A stretch of DNA of 64,000 nucleotides from a virus, in the IMG/VR virus record IMGVR_UViG_3300018080_000003, positions 1 to 64,000 of that record; one strand, given 5' to 3'. A program made the position numbers and the translations under genes. Position 1 is the stretch's first letter, and each line of letters begins with the position of its first letter. Positions 9,312-18,845 of the stretch are shown here, in pieces. Below the pieces are notes generated by a model. It was not told where the DNA came from. It saw nothing but the letters and a program-made list of their open reading frames with translations, and made no database searches.

Positions 9312-9856
9312 TGTTCTTCCTTTTTCTTGGTCCAGAAGTAGTACCCTGCACCCGCAACGGCCAGAAGGCCAAGGCCAACACCCACGTACTTCCAGGTGTT
9401 GTTTGGGCCCTGTTGGGCCCCCGGCGCGAGAGCAGAAGGTTGCTCGTACGCCATCATCATCGGATCGGTCATCATGGGATCCATCATCGGATCACCAGGA
9501 ATCGGTTGAGGCTGTGGAATCACCTGTGCATCACCGCCCGGTTGGGGCTGCGGCATGGGCATCGGCGCAGGCGGACCCTGAGGGAACGCCGGCTCGTCAG
9601 CAGGAAGCGGGACCAGCGCCCCACCAGGGTCCTGCGGCATGTCCATGTCCGGAGACTGCGGCGTGCCAGGCTGCGGCGGAGGCGGACCCATGTGCGCCGG
9701 ACCAGGAGGCTGAGGAGCCGCTCGGAATGTCGGCTGACGAGGCGGAGGCGCGGGTTGGTACATGACCGGTCCACGCGCAGCTTGCCTGAGGGTCTGCTGC
9801 TGAGCAGCGATGCTCCCCGGATGACCACCGGACGAATATGTGAACGAATTCGACAT
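9308..9856 (-). CDS. Pro/Gln-rich tail-anchored protein
   Basis: Start at ATG 9856, overlapping the upstream TGA; TM + KKK. Confidence 0.75.
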   Translation of the reverse strand: MSNSFTYSSGGHPGSIAAQQQTLRQAARGPVMYQPAPPPRQPTFRAAPQPPGPAHMGPPPPQPGTPQSPDMDMPQDPGGALVPLPADEPAFPQGPPAPMPMPQPQPGGDAQVIPQPQPIPGDPMMDPMMTDPMMMAYEQPSALAPGAQQGPNNTWKYVGVGLGLLAVAGAGYYFWTKKKEEQ

Positions 9857-10455
9857 CAATCCAAACTCCAGAAGAGGACCTCTTTCGCGGTCTCTGCTGC
9901 TTCCCTTTCTCGGGGACCCGCTACCGGGTCGACCCAAATCCATCTGTTGCTCTTGGGTTCCTTGACCCGGTAGCCCACATGCGTGAGCTGACGGGGCGCG
10001 AAACCCAACGCTACCAGCTCGACCTCGCGACCAAGCTGAAGACACATCGTTGCACCCAACAAAGCGATCTCATCGCAGTCGGCCACGCAAACACCTTGCT
10101 GTGCGACCTCTTCAACCATCCGCTGCGGGTCCTTGATCCACTCGACGTGACGAGGATCATTCGCGTAGCGAAACATCCGCGCCCCTGCGCGCGTAGGGCT
10201 CGGCTGCAGAAAGCAGTTGCGGACCGCCAGAATCTCGCCCTGGTAGTCCTTCGGCCAGATGTCCTTCACCACGTACTCGGTGAACTGGCGCACGACAGGG
10301 CTCTGCTCGCCTCTCGGGCCAAGCGCGATCCGCTCCATCGCCTTGAGCGTGTCCTTTGGACCCGTAAAACCCGAGAATCTTGTGTCCTCGGGCGCACGGC
10401 CAAGCATCCCGCCCTGGGTTGGGGGACGAAGTTTTTGCTTTCCGAAGGGCTTCAT
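9856..10455 (-). CDS. transglutaminase-like cysteine protease/transamidase
   Basis: Catalytic-triad motifs DCDE, THV and WVDP in transglutaminase-fold order and spacing. Confidence 0.8.
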   Translation of the reverse strand: MKPFGKQKLRPPTQGGMLGRAPEDTRFSGFTGPKDTLKAMERIALGPRGEQSPVVRQFTEYVVKDIWPKDYQGEILAVRNCFLQPSPTRAGARMFRYANDPRHVEWIKDPQRMVEEVAQQGVCVADCDEIALLGATMCLQLGREVELVALGFAPRQLTHVGYRVKEPKSNRWIWVDPVAGPREREAAETAKEVLFWSLD

Positions 10456-10508
10456 CGCGCGCAGGAGTAGTTTTCAGCCACGCTCCAGCGACGAAGGGCT
10501 TCGGCTAC

Positions 10509-10537
10509 ACTCTACTTGATGTCGCGGGTTTGGACAA
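10509..10537 (-). promoter_or_regulatory. sigma70-type promoter for the left structural operon
   Basis: Minus strand TTGTCC-17 nt-TAGAGT in the gap upstream of the transglutaminase gene. Confidence 0.55.
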
Positions 10538-10540
10538 CAA

Positions 10541-11086
10541 TCACTTCGACGCCTTCATGAGCTGGTGAACACGGAAGTAGGTCGCCACGCGAGCCTCAAT
10601 CCGCTCCTTCACTTTCGGCTTCATCGGGCCGCGGCCCAAACCACCGTAACTCTTGAAAACACAGCGAGCGTTGCCGTTGCAGGCTTTGATCTTCGGGCGG
10701 AGCACCCAGGCCGCTGTCCAGACAGCACGCTTCGTGCTCGCCTCATCCGTCCCCACGATGTCCTTCGCGCGCCACTTCTTCGGGTGCTTCGGGATGCGGA
10801 TGTACTTGTCGTTCGCACCACCTGGCGGCATCTGGTGCTGGAACAAGCCGTAGCTACGACCCCCATCACCTCGACGCTTGCCCTCATGCACGTCGAGCGC
10901 GTACTCGCTCTCGTGACGGGCAACGGAAAGCAGAAACGCCTCCAGCTGCTTGTCGCCAGCCGCCTCGAAAACGATCGCCTCAGCGATGCGCTCGTAGCGG
11001 AGCTTGGCCGCAGCTTCATCTTCTCCTCGGTGCTCCTGCCAACGCAGAGGCACCAACACCAACATGATCACAAGCAACGCCTTCAT
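10541..11086 (-). CDS. lysozyme-fold/lytic transglycosylase-like endolysin with N-terminal signal or anchor
   Basis: VARHES catalytic Glu motif, GDGGRSYGLFQ motif, hydrophobic N-terminus. Confidence 0.75.
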   Translation of the reverse strand: MKALLVIMLVLVPLRWQEHRGEDEAAAKLRYERIAEAIVFEAAGDKQLEAFLLSVARHESEYALDVHEGKRRGDGGRSYGLFQHQMPPGGANDKYIRIPKHPKKWRAKDIVGTDEASTKRAVWTAAWVLRPKIKACNGNARCVFKSYGGLGRGPMKPKVKERIEARVATYFRVHQLMKASK

Positions 11087-11108
11087 AGGCGCGCTCTTCT
11101 ACATCAGG

Positions 11109-11336
11109 TCAGCTGTCGCCGTCAATCTCGGCCACGGCGCGATCGTATCCTTCAGGGGACACCTTCGAGAGTTGGTGAAGGGTTTCTTCGATCCGAGACT
11201 CAAACATGAAATGCTGCATCGAGATGTAGGTCGAAAGACCCAGCTCGACAGCCGCAGCTCCCAATGCTTTCGAAGGCTTGGCGTGGATGCTCCGCATCTC
11301 GAAGACCTCTTCGTAGACCGCTTTCTTCAACGTCAT
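11109..11336 (-). CDS. hypothetical protein
   Basis: Small ORF filling the operon gap. Confidence 0.55.
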   Translation of the reverse strand: MTLKKAVYEEVFEMRSIHAKPSKALGAAAVELGLSTYISMQHFMFESRIEETLHQLSKVSPEGYDRAVAEIDGDS

Positions 11337-11341
11337 CGCTG

Positions 11342-11566
11342 CTACACCGAAGCCTTGAGTTGAGGGCTCGAAGGCTCACCGAACCCCTGAGCGATGGCCA
11401 CCGGAACGGTGATGACAGGGACGATGGATCCAGCCACCCCCCACATCAACGCCCAGAAGATCGGGTTGTCCGCCTGGTTTCGCTTGTAGCCATGGTAGAC
11501 CGAGGCGCCGACCGCCGCAGTGTACGCTGCCCAGGCAACCGTTTTTGCAGTTCCATCCATCGTCAA
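11342..11566 (-). CDS. small 2-TM membrane protein (holin or virion membrane protein candidate)
   Basis: Two hydrophobic segments flanking YHGYKRN; close to the endolysin. Confidence 0.6.
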   Translation of the reverse strand: MTMDGTAKTVAWAAYTAAVGASVYHGYKRNQADNPIFWALMWGVAGSIVPVITVPVAIAQGFGEPSSPQLKASV

Positions 11567-11629
11567 GATCCTCTCAGTCGAGTGCCCTCAACGCCAAGTT
11601 GGAGCCGACCTCTGACGGCATTCTAGCCG

Positions 11630-14143
11630 TTACTGGCTGATCACCACAAGCTTTCCGGCTTCCTGCCAGAGCGCCGTGATATACTTTCGGCCCGAGCGGG
11701 ACTGAATGTTGGGAAGTCGGTCACCTGCATGTTCCGAGACAAGCTCGATGAGGCCTTCCGGTGTTATCTGCTGAAGGAGCTGAGCGGTCGTCTCCGGCCC
11801 AGCCTCTTCGACGAACTTTTCCGCGAACTTATCCGGGCCCACGAACCCAACACCGATGGCCAAGTCAAGCTGCTCGACGAAGCGAAGGATCGACTCCTGA
11901 TCCATCTGGAAGCCTTGGCCGCCTGCCGACTCCGGCATCGCGTCGTGCGGATCTTCCGCAGGCTCCTCCGGTGCCGCGAACGGGTCCTGCGCAGCCTCCA
12001 TCGGAGGCGGCTCAGGCGCCGCCTGAACTGGGGGCTGAGGCGCTGGCTGAGGCGCAGCCGGTGATGAAGCCTGTTCTCGCGCCAGTTCCTCCGGCGTTTT
12101 TCTGATCTCAGGACCCATGACGAACGACGGCCCCGTCGAAACCGGCATCGGCGTGTCGTCATACACCGGAGGCGGCGTAGGTGCGTTCGGAGGCGCCACG
12201 TCCGGAGCCAAAGGCGCCGGCTCAGGCATCGGAGGGCCCTGGAACTTAAACGGCACCGGAGGGCCCTGCGAGGGGTCACTCGGCCCCTGGTCCCACGATG
12301 GCGGCGGGACAGGCTGTTGCGTCCGCTGGGCCACTGCTGGCCCCATCACAGCGGGCGCCATGGGCGGCGGAGCCGCCAGAAGCTGTTGCTGCTGCTGACG
12401 CCGTACCGCAGCGGCACGCTGCGCCTGGGCGGCGCGGGCAGCTGCGACCGCCTGCTGGTTCTGCTGACGGGCACCAATGACCGCCTCCATCATCTCAGGA
12501 GCCTTCTGAAGGGCGCTGGAAACACCGTCGACCAACGACTCCTTCCAGTCCTTCTTCTCAGGCTTGCTCTCGAAGAGGCCGAGTGCTTCACCGATGGTCT
12601 TCGTCTCCTCAACCTGCTGCAAGAGGGGCTTGTTCGTGTGACGCATCAGTTCCTCACGGAGCGCAGCGGCTTCCGCCTGAGCTGCTGCTTCGGACTTCTG
12701 CGCCTCCTTGAGCTGCATGTTCAAGAAGCTCATCTGATTGCTCGCCGTCTGCTCCGTGAAAACAGCCTTCGAGCTTTCCGTCGACCGAATCATCTCCAGA
12801 TCGCGCTTGTTCTGGCGCTCCATCATCTGAAGGCGGCTCTCAAGCTCTCTGCGTGAAGCCTCTTCCCGACGGTTGTACTCGTCGCGAATCATCTGCTCAC
12901 GGTCCCGATGCGCCTGCTCACGCCGGTTTGCCTCATCCTGAAGCGCCTGCTCCCGACGGTTGGCGTCATCACGCAGCCGCTCACGCTCGCGTGCCTCGGC
13001 GTCACGAAGCTGAGCAAGCTCACGCTGGTGGCCCTCCGTCAAGGACTGAATCCGACGCCCGCTCTCTTGCTCGATGCGAGCCACGGTGGCCGCGTGCTCC
13101 TCGGCGATACGCTGCAGGTCAGAAGCATGTCGCTCCTTCAAGTCGCGGATCTGACGACTCTCTTCTTCCTTCCAGCGGTTCGACGCGTCAGCCTTCACCT
13201 GCAAAAGCTCGTCACGGAGCTGCTGGATGTGCTGATCCTTACGCTCGATGATCCCGCGAGCGTTTTCGATCTCACGGCTGAGATTCTGAATCGTCTGCTG
13301 ATGGACACTCGTAGTCACAGCCGACTGCTCACGATGCATCTTGCGAAGCTCGTCGATCGTGCTGTTGAGTATGGGCTGCTGGCTCTGCTGCTCGCGACGC
13401 TGGCGCTCTTCTTGCTGCCTGCGAATCGCATCCTCGCGCTGTTGAGCCTCGCGCCGCGCCTGATGTTCGAGTTCCATCCGGCGTAGTTCGATCGCCTGAT
13501 CTTGCTGACTCTGTCTCATGCGACGTGGATCCCCGTAACCATTCTCATCTGCGCGAGCCAAAAGCTTCGGCGGACCGGGCACCTGAAGCCGGATCGTCTT
13601 CAGCGTGCGGTCTGAGCCATCGCCGCCACTCTTCCCCGGACCCCGGACACTGACCTCGTACGTGTGACCACCGAACTTCTCGGAGAACTCACGCATGCTG
13701 ATCTGATGATGGAGGTCTTCCAAGAAGCCAGCCACGCGCTGGCCCTGGTAGCTCGCCGGATGCTTGCGCTCGACTCGGATGTAGAACTCACCGTTCCCAA
13801 TGTTTGGCCAAGACGCGTAGAGGTCCTCCAACGTCTTGTGCTCACGCACACTCGGAAAGTCCTGCTCCTCGTGACGAGGCGTACGCTCCACCACCGGCTG
13901 AAAACTGGGGACCTGAGCGAAGCCCGAGGCCATGCCAGCGCCCATGCCGTAGGTAGGGTCAAACGACTGCTGCTGTTGAAAGCGACCATCATCCTGGCCA
14001 AGCTGCGCATGGAGCCTGTCTAGCTCCTCCATGGCATCCTGCTCGATGTCTTCAGGAGCATCCTCTTCAGGAAGATCCTCCATCGCAGCAGGAGGGGGAG
14101 CGTCGACCCCTTCGTCCGAGAAGTCATTCTCTGTCACATCCAT
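11630..14143 (-). CDS. large coiled-coil protein
   Basis: Long E/Q/R-rich helical middle, acidic N-terminus, Pro-rich linker, small C-terminal domain. Confidence 0.8.
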   Translation of the reverse strand: MDVTENDFSDEGVDAPPPAAMEDLPEEDAPEDIEQDAMEELDRLHAQLGQDDGRFQQQQSFDPTYGMGAGMASGFAQVPSFQPVVERTPRHEEQDFPSVREHKTLEDLYASWPNIGNGEFYIRVERKHPASYQGQRVAGFLEDLHHQISMREFSEKFGGHTYEVSVRGPGKSGGDGSDRTLKTIRLQVPGPPKLLARADENGYGDPRRMRQSQQDQAIELRRMELEHQARREAQQREDAIRRQQEERQRREQQSQQPILNSTIDELRKMHREQSAVTTSVHQQTIQNLSREIENARGIIERKDQHIQQLRDELLQVKADASNRWKEEESRQIRDLKERHASDLQRIAEEHAATVARIEQESGRRIQSLTEGHQRELAQLRDAEARERERLRDDANRREQALQDEANRREQAHRDREQMIRDEYNRREEASRRELESRLQMMERQNKRDLEMIRSTESSKAVFTEQTASNQMSFLNMQLKEAQKSEAAAQAEAAALREELMRHTNKPLLQQVEETKTIGEALGLFESKPEKKDWKESLVDGVSSALQKAPEMMEAVIGARQQNQQAVAAARAAQAQRAAAVRRQQQQQLLAAPPPMAPAVMGPAVAQRTQQPVPPPSWDQGPSDPSQGPPVPFKFQGPPMPEPAPLAPDVAPPNAPTPPPVYDDTPMPVSTGPSFVMGPEIRKTPEELAREQASSPAAPQPAPQPPVQAAPEPPPMEAAQDPFAAPEEPAEDPHDAMPESAGGQGFQMDQESILRFVEQLDLAIGVGFVGPDKFAEKFVEEAGPETTAQLLQQITPEGLIELVSEHAGDRLPNIQSRSGRKYITALWQEAGKLVVISQ

Positions 14144-14144
14144 C

Positions 14145-14726
14145 TCAGTTCACTCCCTGAGGCATTCGGATCTCAGAAGGATCTTCCTCCTCCTCTTCCT
14201 CTCCCTCTTCATCCTCCTCAGGAGTCATAACCGCACCCTCGACGAGGGCCTTCGCTGCCGCACACTTCTCTTGAAGCTGCGTCAACGCTGCCGTAGCATC
14301 CTCGTCCGGAGCCTCGATCGGGAACGGACCCTGAAGGAGCTTCTGCGCGACGAACGCGCAGCCCTCGATGACATCTAGCAATGCCTGAGCATGATCCGGA
14401 AGGATCTGCGTGTCCCCACCGAACGTCTCCAACAAGTCGAGTCGTTCGTCCTGAAACCCCTCGTTCTCGGCGAACTTCTGGAACTCCCCCGCCGCCCAGC
14501 TCTGAACGGCAAGAAGGTGGTTTCTGATCCCAAGCATCTGCTTGAGAGCATCCTCCAACAGGTCGAGATTCGTTCCGCCCACCTCTGCCTTCAATGAAGA
14601 CACCGTCGGTTCTTTGATCCCTTGGATCCTCTTCTTCTCGACCTGAACCTCAGCCAAGAGGTTCGCCAAAGGGTCTTGCTTCTGCGCCGGAGCCGGCTGC
14701 TGCTGTTGCGGTGCCTGGTTCGCCAT
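14145..14726 (-). CDS. hypothetical helical protein, acidic tail
   Basis: Start at ATG 14726 (MANQAPQ), right after the upstream stop. Confidence 0.7.
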   Translation of the reverse strand: MANQAPQQQQPAPAQKQDPLANLLAEVQVEKKRIQGIKEPTVSSLKAEVGGTNLDLLEDALKQMLGIRNHLLAVQSWAAGEFQKFAENEGFQDERLDLLETFGGDTQILPDHAQALLDVIEGCAFVAQKLLQGPFPIEAPDEDATAALTQLQEKCAAAKALVEGAVMTPEEDEEGEEEEEEDPSEIRMPQGVN

Positions 14727-14730
14727 CTTC

Positions 14731-15528
14731 TCAGTCCTTCCGGTAGCCGTCGCCACCCACTCCAAACGCGGGGACCATCTCCTTGTCCGGTCGCGTTCTC
14801 AACTTGATGAGGTCTCTCTCGTCCTGCTTTTTCGTCGTCTCAGGACAAGGCGGGTCTCTCAGATCGCACTGGTAGATCCCTTGGTCGCGAAGCGACATGA
14901 ACGCTCCACCGTTGCTGCGGCGCGCCGTGCACAGACGGAACACCTCCTGATGCCCGAATTCGCCCTCAGGGATGCCCAAACGGCTGTTGAGCACTTGCCG
15001 CTTGAGGTACTTGCACTTCGGTCGCTTGGGGCGAACGGCTATCAAGCTCGTTCCGTCCGAGACGGCGTAGTAGCCAAAGAGGCGCATAACGTCCTTCGGG
15101 GGGAACACCCGTCGTTCACGGTCTTGCCCGTTGTCGTGGTAGCGAGTCTTGTTGCCGAACTCCGAAGTGTAATTCTTGATCTCTTCAAGATGCAGCTCCA
15201 CGTACTCACGCGCATCCTCCACGCACAGCTGCGTCTCGTACGTGAAAGGAACCGCGAACGAGTCCTGCAGATTGCCGTCCACCGGAACCGGCATCCCGTC
15301 ATCAGGATGCATGCCCATCTGGATGGGCTCGACAGGAAAAGAGTCGTGAAACTCGTCCTCCGCAGAGAACTCCGAATCATGAGGCGTAGCCTCGTGATCT
15401 TGCTCCTGTGGAGTCTGTTCGGCCCGGTTCGGGCCGCACTCGCTCTCCTCAGGTCCAACTTCTTCGTCCGGACGCAAGCCGTCGAGAGCCTTCTCCGCCC
15501 GCTCCTTCTCTTCGTCGTCGAAGCTCAT
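14731..15528 (-). CDS. hypothetical protein with Cys residues
   Basis: 265-aa ORF, first gene of a minus-strand block. Confidence 0.7.
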   Translation of the reverse strand: MSFDDEEKERAEKALDGLRPDEEVGPEESECGPNRAEQTPQEQDHEATPHDSEFSAEDEFHDSFPVEPIQMGMHPDDGMPVPVDGNLQDSFAVPFTYETQLCVEDAREYVELHLEEIKNYTSEFGNKTRYHDNGQDRERRVFPPKDVMRLFGYYAVSDGTSLIAVRPKRPKCKYLKRQVLNSRLGIPEGEFGHQEVFRLCTARRSNGGAFMSLRDQGIYQCDLRDPPCPETTKKQDERDLIKLRTRPDKEMVPAFGVGGDGYRKD

Positions 15529-15563
15529 GCTGCGAAGGAAGGTAACAGATGCGACGACAATCT

Positions 15564-15578
15564 GGTAGAACTTCTACC
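15564..15578. promoter_or_regulatory. palindromic operator GGTAGA-N3-TCTACC (copy 1)
   Basis: GGTAGAACTTCTACC in a divergent intergenic gap; recurs at 32272 and 48399. Confidence 0.65.
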
Positions 15579-15621
15579 GAGGAAAGTGTACGCTGACTCA
15601 CATACTCGGACAGAAGGCAAG

Positions 15622-15652
15622 AAAAAACCCGCCGAAGCTACCTAACGGCGGG
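15622..15652 (-). terminator. rho-independent terminator (minus strand)
   Basis: CCCGCCG/CGGCGGG stem, 11-nt loop, followed by T6 on the minus strand. Confidence 0.65.
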
Positions 15653-15738
15653 CTGCAGAAGCCTGCGGGCGGGCGAAAGGGGGAAGCCCTCGCTGCTCCT
15701 GCATGTCCGAAGCTAACACAGAGTGAAGGGGACGCAAA

Positions 15739-16878
15739 GTGCGCAAAGTCGTAGGCCACAATGTCATCGATGTCTGCTTCCCCAAGGCCAAGCTCAAGCC
15801 TTTCTGGAAGAAAGTTCAGAAAGAGACCGTCAGCGGCTGTTGGAACTGGCTCGGGGCAGAAAGGCCGTCAGGTCCTCCTGTCTACCGCGTCAACAGCGCC
15901 AAGTCGATCAACTGCCCCAGAATCGCATGGGTACTCGAAAATCGCACCCCTCTCCCTTCCTGGCATCGGCTCAAGCGGACCTGCAAAAACCGGATGTGTG
16001 TAAACCCACTACATTACACCCGAATTGAGACAGATTTGCGTCATCCGGACATCGGCAAGAAAAGGCCGAGACCTTGGGTGCTGCATCCTCCCGGAAAGAC
16101 TACGATTCTTGCCTTGTCAGATGCGCTGCATCCAGATAACGACGCCAGCAGCATACAATTTCAAGAGACAGCAGCACAAGTTCTAGAAGAAATTCAATCT
16201 TCTAACAAAGCAAAGCGGGAACTCATCACAAGCGTGCAGAAGCTCCTAAGTGGTCAAAAAATAAGGATGAGAGACCTTGAGTCCCAGGTCTCTGGACTGG
16301 CCGAGGCGGGCACCAGAATACTGAACATCGAAGGTGCGCTGAACATTTTCACTGAGATGATGGAGGCTCGGCAGAAAAGACAAGACGAAACAATCGTCAA
16401 GTCCATGAACGAGATAACAGACTCGATGAAGAGGCTGTCAGAAAGCAACAGCAACATCGCGGAAGCCCTGAGAGAAAACACCGCAGCCATCGTGCGCTCA
16501 GAGGCCAAGGTGGATGTTCTCGTCGGAGCGCTGAACAAGCCTCTCGCGCCTGCGACCGAGATAGTGCCACAGCAGGAAGAGCAGACAGATACGGCAGCGC
16601 CTGACTCAAAACCAAACCCCCCCTTCCTCGAAAAGCTGGCTCACGTGTTCCAAGAGATCACTGGCACAAAAGTCTCAAACATGAACGACCTGCAAGAGGC
16701 CTTTCTGCTTATCTCAGCAAAAGAAGAAGACCCAGTCCCAGCTTTCTTCAGAGAAGTAGAGCGATATCATGAGCTTATCCAGTCATCTCCTGAATACGCA
16801 AGCGTTACGGGGTTCCTCGCGATGATTCAGAAACCCCTCAGAAGCGATGCCCGCCACCCTGCTCATCCCCCAGAATGA
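15739..16878 (+). CDS. degenerate HNH-endonuclease-like domain fused to a coiled coil
   Basis: FWKKV...GCWNWLG...RIAW...TCKNRMCVNPLH; the expected His residues are replaced; opposite strand to its neighbours and A-rich. Confidence 0.65.
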   Translation: MRKVVGHNVIDVCFPKAKLKPFWKKVQKETVSGCWNWLGAERPSGPPVYRVNSAKSINCPRIAWVLENRTPLPSWHRLKRTCKNRMCVNPLHYTRIETDLRHPDIGKKRPRPWVLHPPGKTTILALSDALHPDNDASSIQFQETAAQVLEEIQSSNKAKRELITSVQKLLSGQKIRMRDLESQVSGLAEAGTRILNIEGALNIFTEMMEARQKRQDETIVKSMNEITDSMKRLSESNSNIAEALRENTAAIVRSEAKVDVLVGALNKPLAPATEIVPQQEEQTDTAAPDSKPNPPFLEKLAHVFQEITGTKVSNMNDLQEAFLLISAKEEDPVPAFFREVERYHELIQSSPEYASVTGFLAMIQKPLRSDARHPAHPPE

Positions 16879-17371
16879 GCGTAGGTCCATGGCCATCATC
16901 TGTTGAGGCATCGTCAGGCGGGACAGGTATGCCCATCGCTTCCAGGCGCGCTCGGATGGAGTCGTACGCCGTTCCGGCCGAAGTGCAGTAGGCGCTGCGA
17001 AGGAGCTGCCCCTTGAGCGCGAAGGGGGCTCCGGCGAGCAGCAAGTTCTGGATGATCAGGTCGTTCGTCTCCTGGTCATCGTCACGGAGCGCGCTCTGGA
17101 CTGTCATCGCGATAGCGGTCTGCAGGTTGACCTGAAGCAACTCCGTGAACTCTGCAGCGTCAAGGCGGCGTTTCGAAGGGGTCGACTCGAAAAGGACCTT
17201 CCCCAGAGGTTTGCTCGGCTCGTTCACGTCCACCACCTTCACCTTCCTTGCCTTCGCCGCCTCTGCCCTTCGCGCCTTCCGGTTCTTCGGCCATGACGCA
17301 GAGGGGGATGTGTCGACGGGCTTCTTCTTGTGCTTCTTCGGTCTCATCTTCACTCCGAACTGGATCATCAT
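16838..17371 (-). CDS. hypothetical protein
   Basis: Basic N-terminus with NRKARRA; helical body. Confidence 0.55.
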   Translation of the reverse strand: MMIQFGVKMRPKKHKKKPVDTSPSASWPKNRKARRAEAAKARKVKVVDVNEPSKPLGKVLFESTPSKRRLDAAEFTELLQVNLQTAIAMTVQSALRDDDQETNDLIIQNLLLAGAPFALKGQLLRSAYCTSAGTAYDSIRARLEAMGIPVPPDDASTDDGHGPTLILGDEQGGGHRF

Positions 17372-17600
17372 CGAACGGGAAGGCCTCAGCGACCTCCCGC
17401 GCGATGCGTTCTCGGTCCTTCAGCGGTGCACGTTCAAGCTGCTCAGAGGAGACGAAGGACAAACTCTCCACCGAAGCACCGTCAAAAAGACGAGAGACGG
17501 CACTCGTGGCCGCCTCCCGCGCGTCGTACGCGTACTCGCCCTCGACCTCCACCTCGACGATGGCTTGAAAGCGAACGCGCCACATGGTCCTAGCTGCCAT
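17160..17600 (-). CDS. hypothetical protein (3' part overlaps the next gene)
   Basis: N-terminal half looks coding; ~210-nt overlap with 16838..17371 makes the end uncertain. Confidence 0.45.
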   Translation of the reverse strand: MAARTMWRVRFQAIVEVEVEGEYAYDAREAATSAVSRLFDGASVESLSFVSSEQLERAPLKDRERIAREVAEAFPFDDDPVRSEDETEEAQEEARRHIPLCVMAEEPEGAKGRGGEGKEGEGGGRERAEQTSGEGPFRVDPFETPP

Positions 17601-17802
17601 CAGTCGCTCCCCCCCCTCGCCGCAGCTCCGCTAGCTCTTCCTTCACGCCCTGAAGCTCCGTCGCCAGCGCGAGGATGGCTGCGGAAGACGCGGCGCCACG
17701 GTCAGACGAGAGCAGGAAGGCTTCGAGAGTGTCCTGAGTCTCAGGACATAGCTCGTCAAATTGAACCGATACCATCTGCCTCGTGCTGAGCTTGTCACTC
17801 AT
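17590..17802 (-). CDS. hypothetical protein
   Basis: Coupled start/stop chain. Confidence 0.6.
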   Translation of the reverse strand: MSDKLSTRQMVSVQFDELCPETQDTLEAFLLSSDRGAASSAAILALATELQGVKEELAELRRGGGATDGS

Positions 17803-18160
17803 CCTCCGGCGTCTCCTCCTCAGCAGAGTCCTCTTCCGGCTCCTCAGCCTCCTCCTCCTCTTCGCCCTCTTCTTCGGACTCCACCACGCGCTTCAGGAAC
17901 ACCTCGAAGCTCTCGCAGGAGCTGACCCAGTACCCCACGAAGTCCAGGCCGTAGTCCTCCAGCTCCTGCTCCGCGATGAGAAGCTCTCCGGCGTAACTCA
18001 CCATCCCTAGCGCCGCCGTCTCAGAGGCCTCAGCGGACTCAAAAACCGCAAAAGACACCAGCGGGAGCTGTGTGTGACCGTCTTCGGTCGAAAAAACAGC
18101 GAACGTGCCCTGCGCAGGGGCACTCATGTTCGCCAGAACCATGTCGTCATCTTCACTCAT
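17795..18160 (-). CDS. acidic hypothetical protein
   Basis: Start at ATG 18160 (MSEDDD); Glu-rich tail. Confidence 0.6.
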   Translation of the reverse strand: MSEDDDMVLANMSAPAQGTFAVFSTEDGHTQLPLVSFAVFESAEASETAALGMVSYAGELLIAEQELEDYGLDFVGYWVSSCESFEVFLKRVVESEEEGEEEEEAEEPEEDSAEEETPEDE

Positions 18161-18446
18161 CAGCGTCTCCTTCGTAGTAGTCGCCAAACGGACAGCGGTC
18201 GCACTTGCGATACACAGGGTCCCAGGCGACCTTTTCGCCACCCTCTTCGTCACCCTCCCGCCAGGCATGCTGCCCATCAATGGAGAGGGTAATCTTTCCA
18301 CCTGAGCCCACATCATGAATCTTCAAGGCCCGACCCTTGAACTCGATCTCCACCTCATCACCCGATGGGTGGTCCAAGACCAGCGTCTTCCCCACCTGGT
18401 CGATGGAAACCTTCTTGTCATGGCGGGTGCGAAGCTTGATCTTCAT
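18153..18446 (-). CDS. hypothetical protein with CxxC
   Basis: Start at ATG 18446 (MKIKLRT); ATGA overlap. Confidence 0.6.
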   Translation of the reverse strand: MKIKLRTRHDKKVSIDQVGKTLVLDHPSGDEVEIEFKGRALKIHDVGSGGKITLSIDGQHAWREGDEEGGEKVAWDPVYRKCDRCPFGDYYEGDADE

Positions 18447-18673
18447 CCCTCGCCCCCCTTCGATGTGAACATGTTCGCGAAGTCGAACGTCTTGTCGATC
18501 AACAGTTTGCACTGCTCACGCGACATACCAGCTCTCGCCGCAAACTGCGAGCCCATCGAGATGAGCCCCACACAAGCCGCCAAGTCGCCGTACTTGTCTG
18601 CCGCGTCCCAAACCTTGCGACCAAGGTCTGAGAGAAAGCCCTGGACGCTCTTATCTTCTTCTTCATCTGCCAT
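18443..18673 (-). CDS. hypothetical protein
   Basis: Start at ATG 18673 (MADEEED). Confidence 0.55.
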   Translation of the reverse strand: MADEEEDKSVQGFLSDLGRKVWDAADKYGDLAACVGLISMGSQFAARAGMSREQCKLLIDKTFDFANMFTSKGGEG

Positions 18674-18845
18674 CTGTCTTCTCCAAAGGAACGACACCCA
18701 GGGTCGCTACATGCAACCAGAGCCTCTCCTCGAACGCGGCAATCTCACGAGATGCCTGCAGTCGCATCTGACCCTCGACAGTGAGGTCCACAGGACGGGC
18801 CGAGGGTATGAGGTACTTGCGGAGGTCACTGTAGGTAAAGATCAC
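18663..18845 (-). CDS. hypothetical protein
   Basis: GTGA overlap with the upstream gene. Confidence 0.45.
   Translation of the reverse strand: MIFTYSDLRKYLIPSARPVDLTVEGQMRLQASREIAAFEERLWLHVATLGVVPLEKTDGR

Noticed and set aside
11630-14143. Tape-measure protein call for the 837-aa coiled-coil protein
   Set aside because: It is highly charged with no Ala/Gly-rich repeats or TM, and has no adjacent tail or chaperone genes.
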